Assembly: GCA_050014415.1 (NCBI GenBank) | Contig: JBEKDJ010000001.1 | Coordinates: forward strand, 1 to 59,940 | DNA: 59,940 bases | Reading direction: 5' to 3' | Origin: Thermodesulfobacteriota bacterium | Lineage (GTDB): Bacteria > Desulfobacterota > BSN033 > UBA1163 | Part shown: positions 1 to 9,217 of the stretch, piece after piece | Layout of the letters: the number at the start of each line of letters is the position of its first letter | How positions within the stretch are numbered: position 1 is the stretch's first letter | The notes under the pieces: generated by a model | Told to the model about the DNA's origin: nothing | The model's database searches: none | The model's input: the letters and a program-made list of their open reading frames with translations, nothing else | Translations under genes and position numbers: made by a program

Positions 1-136
1 GGCAACTGTCGTCCACTGTATTTGTGAACCCCGTGGATGCTTCTTTGGGCCGAACTTTTACGTTCCGTCTCGCTTCCTACCGCCTCCCTTTTTCCAAAAA
101 AGAAGGACATCGCAAATAGCTCGTGATAAAAAGTCC

Positions 137-165
137 TTGCAGATTCGCTCAGGCTATGTTATGTT
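137..165 (+). promoter_or_regulatory. candidate sigma70-type promoter for rpmB
   Basis: TTGCAG (137-142), 17-nt spacer, TATGTT (160-165), about 28 nt upstream of the rpmB ATG. Hexamer match only. Confidence 0.3.
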
Positions 166-192
166 ATCTAAAATTCATCCTGAGGTTCGGAA

Positions 193-384
193 ATGGCAAA
201 AGTGTGTGAGATCTGTGGGAAAGGGCCTGTCTTTGGTCACAATGTGAGCCATGCAAATAACAAAACCCGAAAAGTCTGGTATCCCAATCTTCATAAGGTG
301 AAAGCCATCAAAGAGGGAAGGACGATTCGGATGAAGATTTGTTCCCGATGTCTTCGTTCAGGTTTGATCACCAAGGCAGCGTAA
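193..384 (+). CDS. rpmB: 50S ribosomal protein L28
   Basis: 63 aa. [10 protein letters not shown]...[17 protein letters not shown] is the classic L28 signature. GAGG-type RBS just upstream. Confidence 0.95.
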   Translation: MAKVCEICGKGPVFGHNVSHANNKTRKVWYPNLHKVKAIKEGRTIRMKICSRCLRSGLITKAA

Positions 385-417
385 TCCAGCGAGCAGAACG
401 AATGGCGTCAAACCCCT

Positions 418-2613
418 TCACATTTCACGCCCTACGGTTCTTCGAGATTCGGCCTGTGGTTCCACCCTCAACCTTTCCACACGATCAATCCCCTTGATCT
501 TCTCAACAGCCCTGATCACCTTTCTGAGGTGGTTAAGGTCCCGAATTTCCATCTCAAAGGTACTGACCGCTTTCTTTTCCTCTGTCGTATAGACTCTGGC
601 GTTGGTAATGTTGGCCTCGCTAGAGGAGATGGAGGTACTGATCTCTGCAAGCAATCCTTTTTTGTCGTCCGAATAGACTCGGATTCGGACCGGATAACTA
701 TATTCTTTCGTTGAATCCCATTCCACTTCCACCTTCCTGTGGGGATCGTCATCCAAGGCGTTGTGGCAATCGGCGGTATGAATCGTCACTCCTCTGCCCC
801 GGGTGATAAACCCGACCACCTTATCTCCTGGCAAGGGGTTGCAGCATCCGGCATAGCGGACCATCACGTTATCGATCCCTTTGATGAGGAGGGCATCTTT
901 GGGACCACGGGTAATCTTCTTGAAAAGACGTTTTAAGCGTCCTTCTTCTTGCTCTTCTCTTTGTTGTTCCAATCGCTCTTGGGGGAGGATCTTTCCAATA
1001 ATCTGGTTGGCAGTCACTTTCCCGTAGCCTACAGCAGCGATCAGATCATCAACTCCCTGGTAACTGAATTCATTTGCCACCTTCGCTAAATCGCCAGACT
1101 TCATCAATTTGACCTGTTGGAGGTTGTATTTCCGGAGTTCCTTATCCAGGATTTCTTTCCCGAGGGTGATCGATTTCTCCCTTTCTTCATTTGTGAACCA
1201 TTGGCGAATTTTCGTTTTTGCCCGTGACGTCTTGACATATTTAAGCCAATCTTTGCTGGGCCTCTGGTTGGGTGAGGTCATGATCTCGACCGTATCCCCG
1301 CTTCGAAGTTCATATCTCAAGGGGACGATCTTGCTGTTCACCTTTGCACCAGAACAATGGCTCCCCACATCGGAGTGAATGCTAAAAGCAAAATCAACGG
1401 GGGTTGCTCCAACGGGAAACTGCCTCACCGCTCCCTTCGGCGTGAAGACATAGACCTCATGAGGAAAAAGGTCCACCTTGAGGCTTTCGATAAATTCCGC
1501 ATCATCCGTTAAGTCCCGTTGCCATTCCAAAAGCTGCCTGAGCCAAGTAAAACGCTTATCATCCACCTCCTCGAAGGCCTTTCCCTCTTTGTATTTCCAA
1601 TGGGCAGCGATACCCTCTTCAGCAATCTTGTGCATCTCATGGGTTCGAATCTGGATCTCAATCCGCTCGCCGTAGGGGCCGATCACGGAGGTGTGGAGGG
1701 ATTGATACAAATTCTCCTTGGGAAGGCCGACATAATCCTTGAATTTCCCTGGAATTGGTTTCCAAAGAGAATGGATGATTCCCAGGACGTCATAACATTC
1801 CTTGATGGTGTCGACGACCACTCGAAATGCCGTGATGTCATACACCTGATCAAAGTCGATATTCTGGCCCTTCATTTTTAGGTAGATGCTGTAAACCTGT
1901 TTTAAACGGCCGGTCACTTCCCCTTGGATATGATTTTCATAGAGTTTCTTCATTAAGGTGCGCTTCACTTCATCGACATAGCGCAATCGTTCCTTCTCCT
2001 TTTTCGCAATCTTCCGTTTGATCTCTTCGTAGATGTCACCCCGAAGGTATTGAAAGGCCAGATCCTGCAGCTCCGACCTGATCCAATCGATTCCAAGCCG
2101 ATTTGCCAGGGGAGCGTAGATGTCAAGGGTTTCCTGAGCGATCTCTACCTGTTTCTCGGGAGAGTGGTATTTGAGGGTCCGCATGTTGTGGAGGCGGTCG
2201 GCCAGTTTGACTAAGATGACTCGGATATCTTTTACCATGGCCAGAATCATCTTTCGGAAATTTTCTGCCTGGCCGTCTTCAGAGGATTGAAGAGAGATCT
2301 GGCTGATCTTGGTCACTCCGTCCACCAACTGGGCGATCTCTTCCCCGAAGTTCTCACGCACCTCTTTGATGCTGGTTAAGGTATCCTCGACGGTATCGTG
2401 GAGCACCCCGGTTGCCACACTGGCAACGTCGAGTCTCAGCTGAGTCAAGATTCCGGCGACCTCCAAAGGGTGATTGAGATAGGGCTCTCCGGAAAGACGA
2501 ATCTGGCCCAGGTGAACCTTGGCAGAAAAGACGTAGGCTTTTCTTAACAGATCCGTGTCCGCATGAGGATTATAGGAAGTTAGCCTCTCCAAGATATCAT
2601 TAAATCTCAACAT
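418..2613 (-). CDS. rel: bifunctional (p)ppGpp synthetase/hydrolase (RelA/SpoT homologue)
   Basis: 731 aa. N-terminal HD hydrolase motif (HDTVEDT), RelA/SpoT synthetase core (YQSLHTSV, RIEIQIRT), then TGS and ACT-like C-terminal regions. Confidence 0.95.
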   Translation of the reverse strand: MLRFNDILERLTSYNPHADTDLLRKAYVFSAKVHLGQIRLSGEPYLNHPLEVAGILTQLRLDVASVATGVLHDTVEDTLTSIKEVRENFGEEIAQLVDGVTKISQISLQSSEDGQAENFRKMILAMVKDIRVILVKLADRLHNMRTLKYHSPEKQVEIAQETLDIYAPLANRLGIDWIRSELQDLAFQYLRGDIYEEIKRKIAKKEKERLRYVDEVKRTLMKKLYENHIQGEVTGRLKQVYSIYLKMKGQNIDFDQVYDITAFRVVVDTIKECYDVLGIIHSLWKPIPGKFKDYVGLPKENLYQSLHTSVIGPYGERIEIQIRTHEMHKIAEEGIAAHWKYKEGKAFEEVDDKRFTWLRQLLEWQRDLTDDAEFIESLKVDLFPHEVYVFTPKGAVRQFPVGATPVDFAFSIHSDVGSHCSGAKVNSKIVPLRYELRSGDTVEIMTSPNQRPSKDWLKYVKTSRAKTKIRQWFTNEEREKSITLGKEILDKELRKYNLQQVKLMKSGDLAKVANEFSYQGVDDLIAAVGYGKVTANQIIGKILPQERLEQQREEQEEGRLKRLFKKITRGPKDALLIKGIDNVMVRYAGCCNPLPGDKVVGFITRGRGVTIHTADCHNALDDDPHRKVEVEWDSTKEYSYPVRIRVYSDDKKGLLAEISTSISSSEANITNARVYTTEEKKAVSTFEMEIRDLNHLRKVIRAVEKIKGIDRVERLRVEPQAESRRTVGREM

Positions 2614-2702
2614 CGTAATTCCATCTTACTATAACTACTGGAAAATTCAAGGGGGTTGCGCCCTCCAACAGCAGCGGCGGTTTTGGTAAAAATCTCGAGA
2701 AT

Positions 2703-2732
2703 TTGACAAGCAGAAGATTGGAATTCTATAAT
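2703..2732 (+). promoter_or_regulatory. consensus sigma70 promoter for the HlyD/ABC-2 operon
   Basis: Perfect TTGACA (2703-2708), 18-nt spacer, perfect TATAAT (2727-2732). The predicted TSS near 2739-2741 lies downstream of the track TTG start at 2735. Confidence 0.5.
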
Positions 2733-2761
2733 GTTTGCAAAAATTTACGAAAGGTTTTTTT

Positions 2762-3766
2762 GTGAAACGAATTCTTGTTCTTGTGCTAGTCGTTGTGATT
2801 GCCGGCGTCCTGTTCTATCTAATCACGCGCGAAAAGGAGGACGTGAGCCATTTTATCAAGGTCTCCGGAAACGTCGAAGCCACAGAGGCTGATGTGGGAT
2901 TTAAAATTCCCGGAAGGATCATCAGCCGTTTCTATGAAGAGGGGGATTGGGTTGAAAAGGGAAAGGTTCTGGCTAAATTGGATGACGAGGATCTCCGTCA
3001 ACGTGTCGATCTGGCCAGGGCAACATTAATGTCAGGCCAGGCTCGATTGAGTAAGTTGCTTGCAGGCTCGAGGCCTGAGGAGTTGAGACAGGCCGAAGCC
3101 AATCTTCAACAGGCCCAGCTTGATATGAAGAATAAGGAAATCCATTATGAACGGGTGAAGACTCTTTATGAAAAAAGTGTGATTTCTAAGGAGATTTTTG
3201 ACAATGCAGAGACGAGTTTTAAGGTTGCTAAGGCCGCCTTACAGATGGCCACAGAGAATTATCAACTGGTAAAGGAAGGGCCGAGAAAAGAGGATATTGA
3301 AGATGCCAGAGCTCAGGTGGAGCAGGCCAAGGTCTCTCTGAGACTGGCCGAGACACAGCTGAGTTATTCCGTTCTCTATTGTCCGATCTCCGGGATTGTA
3401 TTGGTCAAATCGAGCGAAGTCGGTGAGGTGGTCAATCCTGGAACGTCGGTTCTCACTCTGGCGGACATCAATAACGTGTGGTTAAAGGCCTATATTTCAG
3501 AGACCGACCTCAGCAAGGTGAAGTGGGGCCAAGAAGTCATCGTCACGACAGACCTCCGCCCCCAGAAAGATTACAAAGGAAGGATCTCTTTCATTTCCTC
3601 ACAGGCTGAATTTACTCCCAAACAGATTCAAACGGAAAAAGAGAGGGTGACCCTGGTTTATCGCATCAAGATAGATATTCCAAACCCGGATCGAGAATTG
3701 AAGCCAGGTATGCCAGCGGATGCAAAGATTCTGCTGGCGACGCCGACATCTCAAACAAAGTCATAA
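2762..3766 (+). CDS. HlyD-family membrane fusion/periplasmic adaptor protein (YbhG-like)
   Basis: N-terminal TM anchor (KRILVLVLVVVIAGVLFYL), coiled-coil middle, beta-barrel C-terminus. I moved the start to GTG 2762 (GAAAGG 6 nt upstream) because the consensus promoter overlaps the track start at 2735. Confidence 0.85.
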   Translation: MKRILVLVLVVVIAGVLFYLITREKEDVSHFIKVSGNVEATEADVGFKIPGRIISRFYEEGDWVEKGKVLAKLDDEDLRQRVDLARATLMSGQARLSKLLAGSRPEELRQAEANLQQAQLDMKNKEIHYERVKTLYEKSVISKEIFDNAETSFKVAKAALQMATENYQLVKEGPRKEDIEDARAQVEQAKVSLRLAETQLSYSVLYCPISGIVLVKSSEVGEVVNPGTSVLTLADINNVWLKAYISETDLSKVKWGQEVIVTTDLRPQKDYKGRISFISSQAEFTPKQIQTEKERVTLVYRIKIDIPNPDRELKPGMPADAKILLATPTSQTKS

Positions 3767-3989
3767 TCTCTTACTCCCGCATGAAAGAGGTTTTCATTTT
3801 CCTAAATTTCAAATTACAAACCCGGAACGATTTCCAGATCCCAATTTCGAAAGAGCAAGACGGTTTTGTTTGAATTCCCGAACGGTTCAGAAGCATGTTT
3901 TTGAGATTTTGGTATTTGCGATTACTTGATATTTGTTACTCGCCCTGGCCCATATTGGGCACAGGGCATGGAATTTGGTGCTTGCCCTC

Positions 3990-4916
3990 ATGTTCTCAGT
4001 CCAGACAACCAACCTGACCAAGAGCTTCGGATCGCTGACGGCTGTCAATCGCCTTAATTTCGAGGTGACGTCCGGAGAAATCTATGGGCTGGTGGGACCG
4101 GACGCCTCAGGAAAGACGACTACCCTTCGGATGCTCTGTGGCATTCTCCCTCCTGATGAAGGGGAAGCAAAAGTGGCTGGATGCGATATCCGGGAAGAGG
4201 CGGAGTCTTTGAAGGAAAAGGTGGGGTACCTTCCCCAACGGTTCGGGCTCTATGGGGATCTCAGCGTGCTCGAAAACATCCATTTCTATGCAGATCTCTA
4301 TGAAGTTCCAAGGAAGAGAAGAACAGAGCGGATAGAGAGGCTGCTTCGATTTGCCAATCTTGAGCCCTTTGGGAAACGGAAAGCTCAGGATCTTTCGGGG
4401 GGAATGAAGCAGAAGTTGGGATTGATCTGCGCATTGATCCATACCCCTCAGATCCTCTTCCTGGACGAACCGACCACAGGAGTCGATCCCCTCTCTCGAA
4501 GGGATTTCTGGATGATCCTTTACGACCTGTTAAAAGAGGGAGTGACGATCCTTTTCTCAACTTCCTACCTGGACGAAGCAGAACGATGTAACCGAATCGG
4601 TTTGATCTACCAGGGTGAACTACTGGTCAGTGATACCCCCTCCAACGCAAAGGAACGGATAGGGGGAACGGTCTTGGAGCTTCGGTTGGAAGATCACCGG
4701 AAGGGAATGAAGCTGTTAGAAGGTGTCGAATCCCTTCGCAGCCTTGTCTTGTCCGGAGATAAGATTCATATCCTGGTGAACGACCCGCGCGAGGGTGAAA
4801 GAACGATTCGAGAGGTTCTGACGAAGCAGGGAATGGAGATATTGACGCTGATGGAGGTCAAACCCTCTCTGGAAGATGCCTTCGTCTCAATAGTTCGAGA
4901 GAAGAGAGAGAAATAA
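3990..4916 (+). CDS. ABC transporter ATP-binding protein (ABC-2/YbhF-like, first ATPase)
   Basis: Walker A GPDASGKTT, signature LSGGMKQK, Walker B LFLDEPT. The track start at 3933 (TTG) adds a non-homologous leader, so I use ATG 3990 (MFSVQTTNLTKSFG). Confidence 0.9.
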   Translation: MFSVQTTNLTKSFGSLTAVNRLNFEVTSGEIYGLVGPDASGKTTTLRMLCGILPPDEGEAKVAGCDIREEAESLKEKVGYLPQRFGLYGDLSVLENIHFYADLYEVPRKRRTERIERLLRFANLEPFGKRKAQDLSGGMKQKLGLICALIHTPQILFLDEPTTGVDPLSRRDFWMILYDLLKEGVTILFSTSYLDEAERCNRIGLIYQGELLVSDTPSNAKERIGGTVLELRLEDHRKGMKLLEGVESLRSLVLSGDKIHILVNDPREGERTIREVLTKQGMEILTLMEVKPSLEDAFVSIVREKREK

Positions 4917-5000
4917 TTTAGTCTTATGAATTTAGAATTAGGGGACCAACATATCATTCATAACTCATAACTCTAATCTCATGATTCACAGCAGTTAATT

Positions 5001-5933
5001 ATGCTAACTCTCGCAGTCGATGTAGAAAATCTTGTTAAAGCCTTTGGCCACTTCGTTGCCGTGGACCATATCAATTTTCGGGTGAAAGAGGGAGAAATCT
5101 TCGGATTTCTGGGGCCGAATGGATCCGGGAAGTCAACTACAATCCGGATGCTCTGCGGCCTTCTCATGCCCACCTCTGGAAAAGGGAAGGTGGTGGGATT
5201 TGATCTCATAAAAGAGCCGGAGAAGATTAAGCGAGTGATTGGTTATATGTCCCAGAGATTCTCACTCTATGAAGATCTGACGGTAGTGGAGAACCTTCAT
5301 TTCTTTGGTGGAATATACGGTCTCTCAGGTGCTTCCCAAAAGGAGAGGGAAGATCAGGTTTTGAAGATGGCAGGGCTTGAAGAGCTTCGAGATCGAATGA
5401 CTCGGACCCTGGCCGTAGGGTGGAAGCAACGTTTGGCATTGGGCTGTGCCATCCTCCATCAGCCTTCCCTTCTCTTTCTCGATGAACCCACCTCAGGGGT
5501 GGATCCGATCTCTCGCAGGAGTTTCTGGAGCCTGATTCAGCAGATGGGAGAAGAGGGAGTAACGACCTTTGTGACAACTCACTACATGGATGAGGCTGAA
5601 TATTGCGATCGGTTGGCCTTGATCTACCAAGGGAAGATCATCGCCTTGGGGACTCCTTCTGAGCTGAAATCGCAGACCCTTAAGCAAGGGGTGATGGAAG
5701 TTGAGTGCGACCCGCTCATTCTTGCCTTGGACCTTCTGAAGAAGGAGCCTTGGATTTATGAGACCGCGGTGTTTGGAAATTCCTTGCATGTGATCGGCAA
5801 GGAGGGTGTCGATTCGGAGAAGGCTATCACTGATCTGTTTCAAAGACAGGGGATCCTTTTAAGGAGAATGGACCGGATTAGGCCGTCTTTGGAGGATGTC
5901 TTCGTCTCACTGATTGAAAGGGAGGAGAGGTGA
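5001..5933 (+). CDS. ABC transporter ATP-binding protein (second ATPase)
   Basis: Walker A GPNGSGKST, a divergent signature-motif region (GWKQRLAL), Walker B LFLDEPTSG. Confidence 0.9.
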   Translation: MLTLAVDVENLVKAFGHFVAVDHINFRVKEGEIFGFLGPNGSGKSTTIRMLCGLLMPTSGKGKVVGFDLIKEPEKIKRVIGYMSQRFSLYEDLTVVENLHFFGGIYGLSGASQKEREDQVLKMAGLEELRDRMTRTLAVGWKQRLALGCAILHQPSLLFLDEPTSGVDPISRRSFWSLIQQMGEEGVTTFVTTHYMDEAEYCDRLALIYQGKIIALGTPSELKSQTLKQGVMEVECDPLILALDLLKKEPWIYETAVFGNSLHVIGKEGVDSEKAITDLFQRQGILLRRMDRIRPSLEDVFVSLIEREER

Positions 5934-7063
5934 AGCTCCCTCGGACCTGGGCGATTGCTCGAAAGGAGTTCATCCACATCTATCGAGATTCGAGGAGTCT
6001 TGCGTTGGTCGTCCTGATGCCTGCCCTCTTAATGCTCCTCTTTGGTTATGCGGTCTCCCTCGATGTGAAGAATGTTTCGATGTCCGTCTTGGATCATGCG
6101 CAGGACCAGGAAAGCAGATCTTTCATCCAGCGGTTTAGTGCGTCTCCCTATTTCAATCTTCGCATTTTTGCCAAAGATGAAAAAGAGGTGAAGCGACTCA
6201 TCGATGAGGGTAAGGTGAAGTTGGTATTAGTCCTTCCTTGGGATTTTTCAAGGACGGTCAAGGCCGGGAAGAAGGCCACGGTGCAGGTTTTGTTGGATGG
6301 CACCGATTCCAATACGGCGAATATCGTCCTCAGCTATGTCCAGGCGATTTCTCGCCAATATACTCAGGAAAAGACCTTTTTGAAAATAGACCGAATGGGA
6401 GGACAAAAGCCAACCGTGCCGCTAGAAGGCCAGTTGAGAGTGTGGTTTAATGAGGAACTGGAGTCAAAAAACTATTTCATTCCCGGATTGGTCGCAGTCA
6501 TCATGTCGATCATCGGAGTGCTCCTCACCGGCCAGGTGATTGTTCGGGAATGGGAGAAAGGAACGATGGAGCTCCTCATCTCCACCCCGGTTCGAAAAAG
6601 CGAGTTGATCATCGGAAAGTTGTTCCCTTATTTCTTCTTGGGTCTTTTGGACTTATCACTTGCTGTGTTGATGGGGGAATGGGTCTTCGATGTTCCGTTA
6701 AGGGGAAGCATTGCTCTGCTTTTTCTACTTTCTTGCATCTATCTCCTTGTAGCCTTGGCTATGGGACTGACTATTTCGACAATAGCAAAGACGCAACTTG
6801 TGGCCAACCAATTAGCTATGGTTATTGGATTTCTTCCTACTTTCCTCCTGTCGGGATTCACGTTCGTCATCGCCAATATGCCGATCTGGCTCCAAATCAT
6901 CACCTATGCGATTGCTCCGAGATATTACGTGACGATCCTGAAGGAGATCTTTTTGAAAGGCGCGGATATCTCCATTCTCTGGCGTGAGACTCTGGTATTG
7001 ATAGGGCTGGCAGTAGGAGGGCTTTGGGTAGCGGCGAAGCTCTTTAAGAAGGAGTTGAGCTAG
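5930..7063 (+). CDS. ABC-2 type transporter permease (YbhS/YbhR-like)
   Basis: 377 aa. One N-terminal TM, a large periplasmic loop, then five C-terminal TMs. The GTGA overlap with the upstream ATPase suggests translational coupling. Confidence 0.85.
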   Translation: MKLPRTWAIARKEFIHIYRDSRSLALVVLMPALLMLLFGYAVSLDVKNVSMSVLDHAQDQESRSFIQRFSASPYFNLRIFAKDEKEVKRLIDEGKVKLVLVLPWDFSRTVKAGKKATVQVLLDGTDSNTANIVLSYVQAISRQYTQEKTFLKIDRMGGQKPTVPLEGQLRVWFNEELESKNYFIPGLVAVIMSIIGVLLTGQVIVREWEKGTMELLISTPVRKSELIIGKLFPYFFLGLLDLSLAVLMGEWVFDVPLRGSIALLFLLSCIYLLVALAMGLTISTIAKTQLVANQLAMVIGFLPTFLLSGFTFVIANMPIWLQIITYAIAPRYYVTILKEIFLKGADISILWRETLVLIGLAVGGLWVAAKLFKKELS

Positions 7064-7066
7064 GCG

Positions 7067-8197
7067 ATGTTCGGACGAGTTCGATACCTCTTGGTCAAAG
7101 AGTTAGTCCAGGTTCTGAGGGATAAGCGGCTCAGAGTGACGCTCATCCTTCCACCCCTCATTCAATTGATCGTTTTCGGGTATGCGGCCAACTTGGATGT
7201 GAAGGATATCCACACCGCTGTTCGAGATCTCGATCAGAGCGTGGAGTCAAGGGATCTCATTTCTCGATTCAGCAGTTCAAGATATTTCGATATTGTCTCT
7301 TTTCCTCAAACCCGGGAAGAGATTGAAGGTCTCATTAAGAAAGGGGACATTGCATTGAGCCTTGAGATCCCGAGCGGTTTTTCCAGGCGGTTGAAAAAAG
7401 GGGACACCGCCTCTGTCCAGATTCTCATCGATGGAAGTGAATCAAACACGGCGATGATCGCCCTGGGCTATATCAATCGGATCCTTTCAGACTTCTCAAC
7501 CACGGTCCTCGTGAGAAGATTGAATCGAGCAGGGATGATCGGGTTTGAGGAGGCCGGAGTAGAGGTTGAACACCGGATCTGGTTCAATCCCAATTTTGAA
7601 AGTCGACTCTTCTTTATCCCAGGAGTGATTGCCAACATCGCCTTTCTGATCCCTATTATCTTGACAGCGATGGCCGTTGTAAGAGAAAGGGAGATAGGCA
7701 CACTTGAACAGATCATGGTCACCCCTTTGCGGCCTTGGGAGCTGGTGGTGGGGAAGACCCTTCCTTTTGCCCTGCTCGGCCTACTGGATGTTGTCATGAT
7801 CGTCCTCATCGGTGTGTTTTGGTTTGAGCTTCCATTCCGGGGGAATCCATTCATCCTCCTCTTAGGAAACATACTCTTTTTGATGAGCTCCGTTGGCATT
7901 GGCCTCTTCATCTCTACTATCTGTTCGACCCAGCAACAAGCCCAGATTTCAACTTTTTTCTTCTCCATGCCCGCCTTCATCCTTTCGGGCTTTGTCTTTC
8001 CATTGGAGAATCTGCCCGCCTGGATTGAATACCTCACCTACGTCAATCCCCTACGCTATTTCCAAGTCATTATCCGTGGTGTCTTTTTGAAGGGGAATGG
8101 GTTAGATACACTCTGGCCTCAGATGTTGGCCCTGGCGGTTTTGGGGGGTCTCATGGTTCTTTTCAGCTCCCTTCGATTCCAAAAAAGACTGGAATAG
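7067..8197 (+). CDS. ABC-2 type transporter permease (paralogue)
   Basis: 376 aa with the same architecture as 5930-7063 and clear paralogy (for example LDG..SNTA, REWEKGT/REREIGT). Confidence 0.85.
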   Translation: MFGRVRYLLVKELVQVLRDKRLRVTLILPPLIQLIVFGYAANLDVKDIHTAVRDLDQSVESRDLISRFSSSRYFDIVSFPQTREEIEGLIKKGDIALSLEIPSGFSRRLKKGDTASVQILIDGSESNTAMIALGYINRILSDFSTTVLVRRLNRAGMIGFEEAGVEVEHRIWFNPNFESRLFFIPGVIANIAFLIPIILTAMAVVREREIGTLEQIMVTPLRPWELVVGKTLPFALLGLLDVVMIVLIGVFWFELPFRGNPFILLLGNILFLMSSVGIGLFISTICSTQQQAQISTFFFSMPAFILSGFVFPLENLPAWIEYLTYVNPLRYFQVIIRGVFLKGNGLDTLWPQMLALAVLGGLMVLFSSLRFQKRLE

Positions 8198-8202
8198 GGT
8201 AA

Positions 8203-8310
8203 GGCAATGTCAAATGTCAAAGCTCAAAGTCCAAGTGAACCCAAAAATCTAAATGGCTTGAGGAGTTTTTGACATTAATCCATTTGTCATTGATTTGACA
8301 TTTGAATCAC
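8203..8310. repeat. AT-rich palindromic intergenic repeat, copy A (TTTGACATTTG family)
   Basis: Left arm TGTCAAATGTCAAAGCTCAAA (8208-8228) matches 18887-18907 at 20/21. Right arm ATTTGTCATTGATTTGACATT (8282-8302) is identical to 20800-20820. The arms are mutually inverted. Confidence 0.7.
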
Positions 8311-8450
8311 TCCGGGTACATTACCCGCGGCTTGCCGCGAATCCGTCATACCGGCGAAAGCCGGTATCCAGGAAATGCTACTGGATTCCGTGTCAAGCAC
8401 GGAATGACGTCCTAGGACTGAGAACGATACCCCGCTGCTTGCGGCGGGGT
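8311..8450. repeat. GC-rich array of four short stem-loops (REP-like element, 'IPAFAGMT' type)
   Basis: Four hairpins: CGCGG-CTTG-CCGCG (8326-8339); ATACCGGC-GAAA-GCCGGTAT (8348-8367); ATTCCGTG-TCAAG-CACGGAAT (8385-8405); CCCCGC..GCGGGG (8430-8449). The minus-strand translation gives WIPAFAGMT, a recurrent repeat-derived pseudo-ORF. Confidence 0.65.
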
Positions 8451-8493
8451 TATTCATACTGAGCAATATAAGAACAGCCCTCGTGATCGATCC

Positions 8494-9162
8494 ATGGAAA
8501 AGATTCTTATGAAAATATACCGGACACTTTACCAGGCTTATGGTCCTCGGCATTGGTGGCCCGGAGAGACCCCATTTGAGGTGATGGTAGGAGCGATCCT
8601 CACCCAAAATACCTCCTGGAGAAATGTGGAGAAGGCGATTCGACGTCTCAGAGAGGAAGGTGTTCTAAATGGCGCGGGGATTCATCAACTCAAGAAATCG
8701 GAGCTGGCTTCTCTGATCAAGTCCTCGGGTTACTATCGGATCAAGGCTGATCGGTTGAAGGCCTTTGTGAGTTTTTTATTCGAAGATTACAGCGGAAATA
8801 TCGAAAGGATGAGAAAAGAAGAACTCGGAACACTTCGACAGAAGCTGCTCGGGGTCAACGGAATTGGACCTGAAACTGCTGATAGTATCCTCCTCTATGG
8901 TCTGAAGAAGCCCATTTTCGTCGTCGATGCCTACACAAAGAGAATCCTCTTACTGCACGGGTTGATTTCTGAGAAAGCGTCCTATGAGGGAATTCAGGGA
9001 CTCTTTATGGATCACCTTCCTCATGATGAGAAGCTATTCAATGAATACCACGCCCTCTTTGTTCATTTGGGAAAAACGGTGTGCAAGAAGATACCTAGAT
9101 GCGATGGATGCCCAATCAAAGGCATAAGGCGAGAGGCGCGAAGTGGGAGGCGTGAGGTGTGA
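8494..9162 (+). CDS. endonuclease III-related HhH-GPD DNA glycosylase family protein
   Basis: 222 aa. HhH motif (LLGVNGIGPETADSILLY), catalytic-region Asp (VVDAYTKR), C-terminal Fe-S Cys cluster (CKKIPRCDGCPIKG). The start could instead be ATG 8509. Confidence 0.8.
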   Translation: MEKILMKIYRTLYQAYGPRHWWPGETPFEVMVGAILTQNTSWRNVEKAIRRLREEGVLNGAGIHQLKKSELASLIKSSGYYRIKADRLKAFVSFLFEDYSGNIERMRKEELGTLRQKLLGVNGIGPETADSILLYGLKKPIFVVDAYTKRILLLHGLISEKASYEGIQGLFMDHLPHDEKLFNEYHALFVHLGKTVCKKIPRCDGCPIKGIRREARSGRREV

Positions 9163-9217
9163 AAAACGGCCTGCACAATAGCAGCTTGCGACACACGAGT
9201 CACGACTGAAGGTTCCA

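Noticed and set aside
1636-1652. GGTTCGAATC, a tRNA T-arm-like word
   Set aside because: It lies inside the rel coding sequence, and no acceptor, D or anticodon arms can be drawn around it. I found no tRNA anywhere in the intergenic spacers.
3720-3929. 69-aa plus-strand ORF in the HlyD-ATPase gap
   Set aside because: It overlaps the HlyD 3' end and has no RBS. Its composition is odd (Arg/Phe-rich), and the region looks repeat-derived.
8287-8607. 106-aa minus-strand ORF containing WIPAFAGMT
   Set aside because: Its coding potential comes from the GC-rich hairpin repeat, and it overlaps the start of the EndoIII-like gene. This peptide pattern is a known artefact of translating repeat elements.
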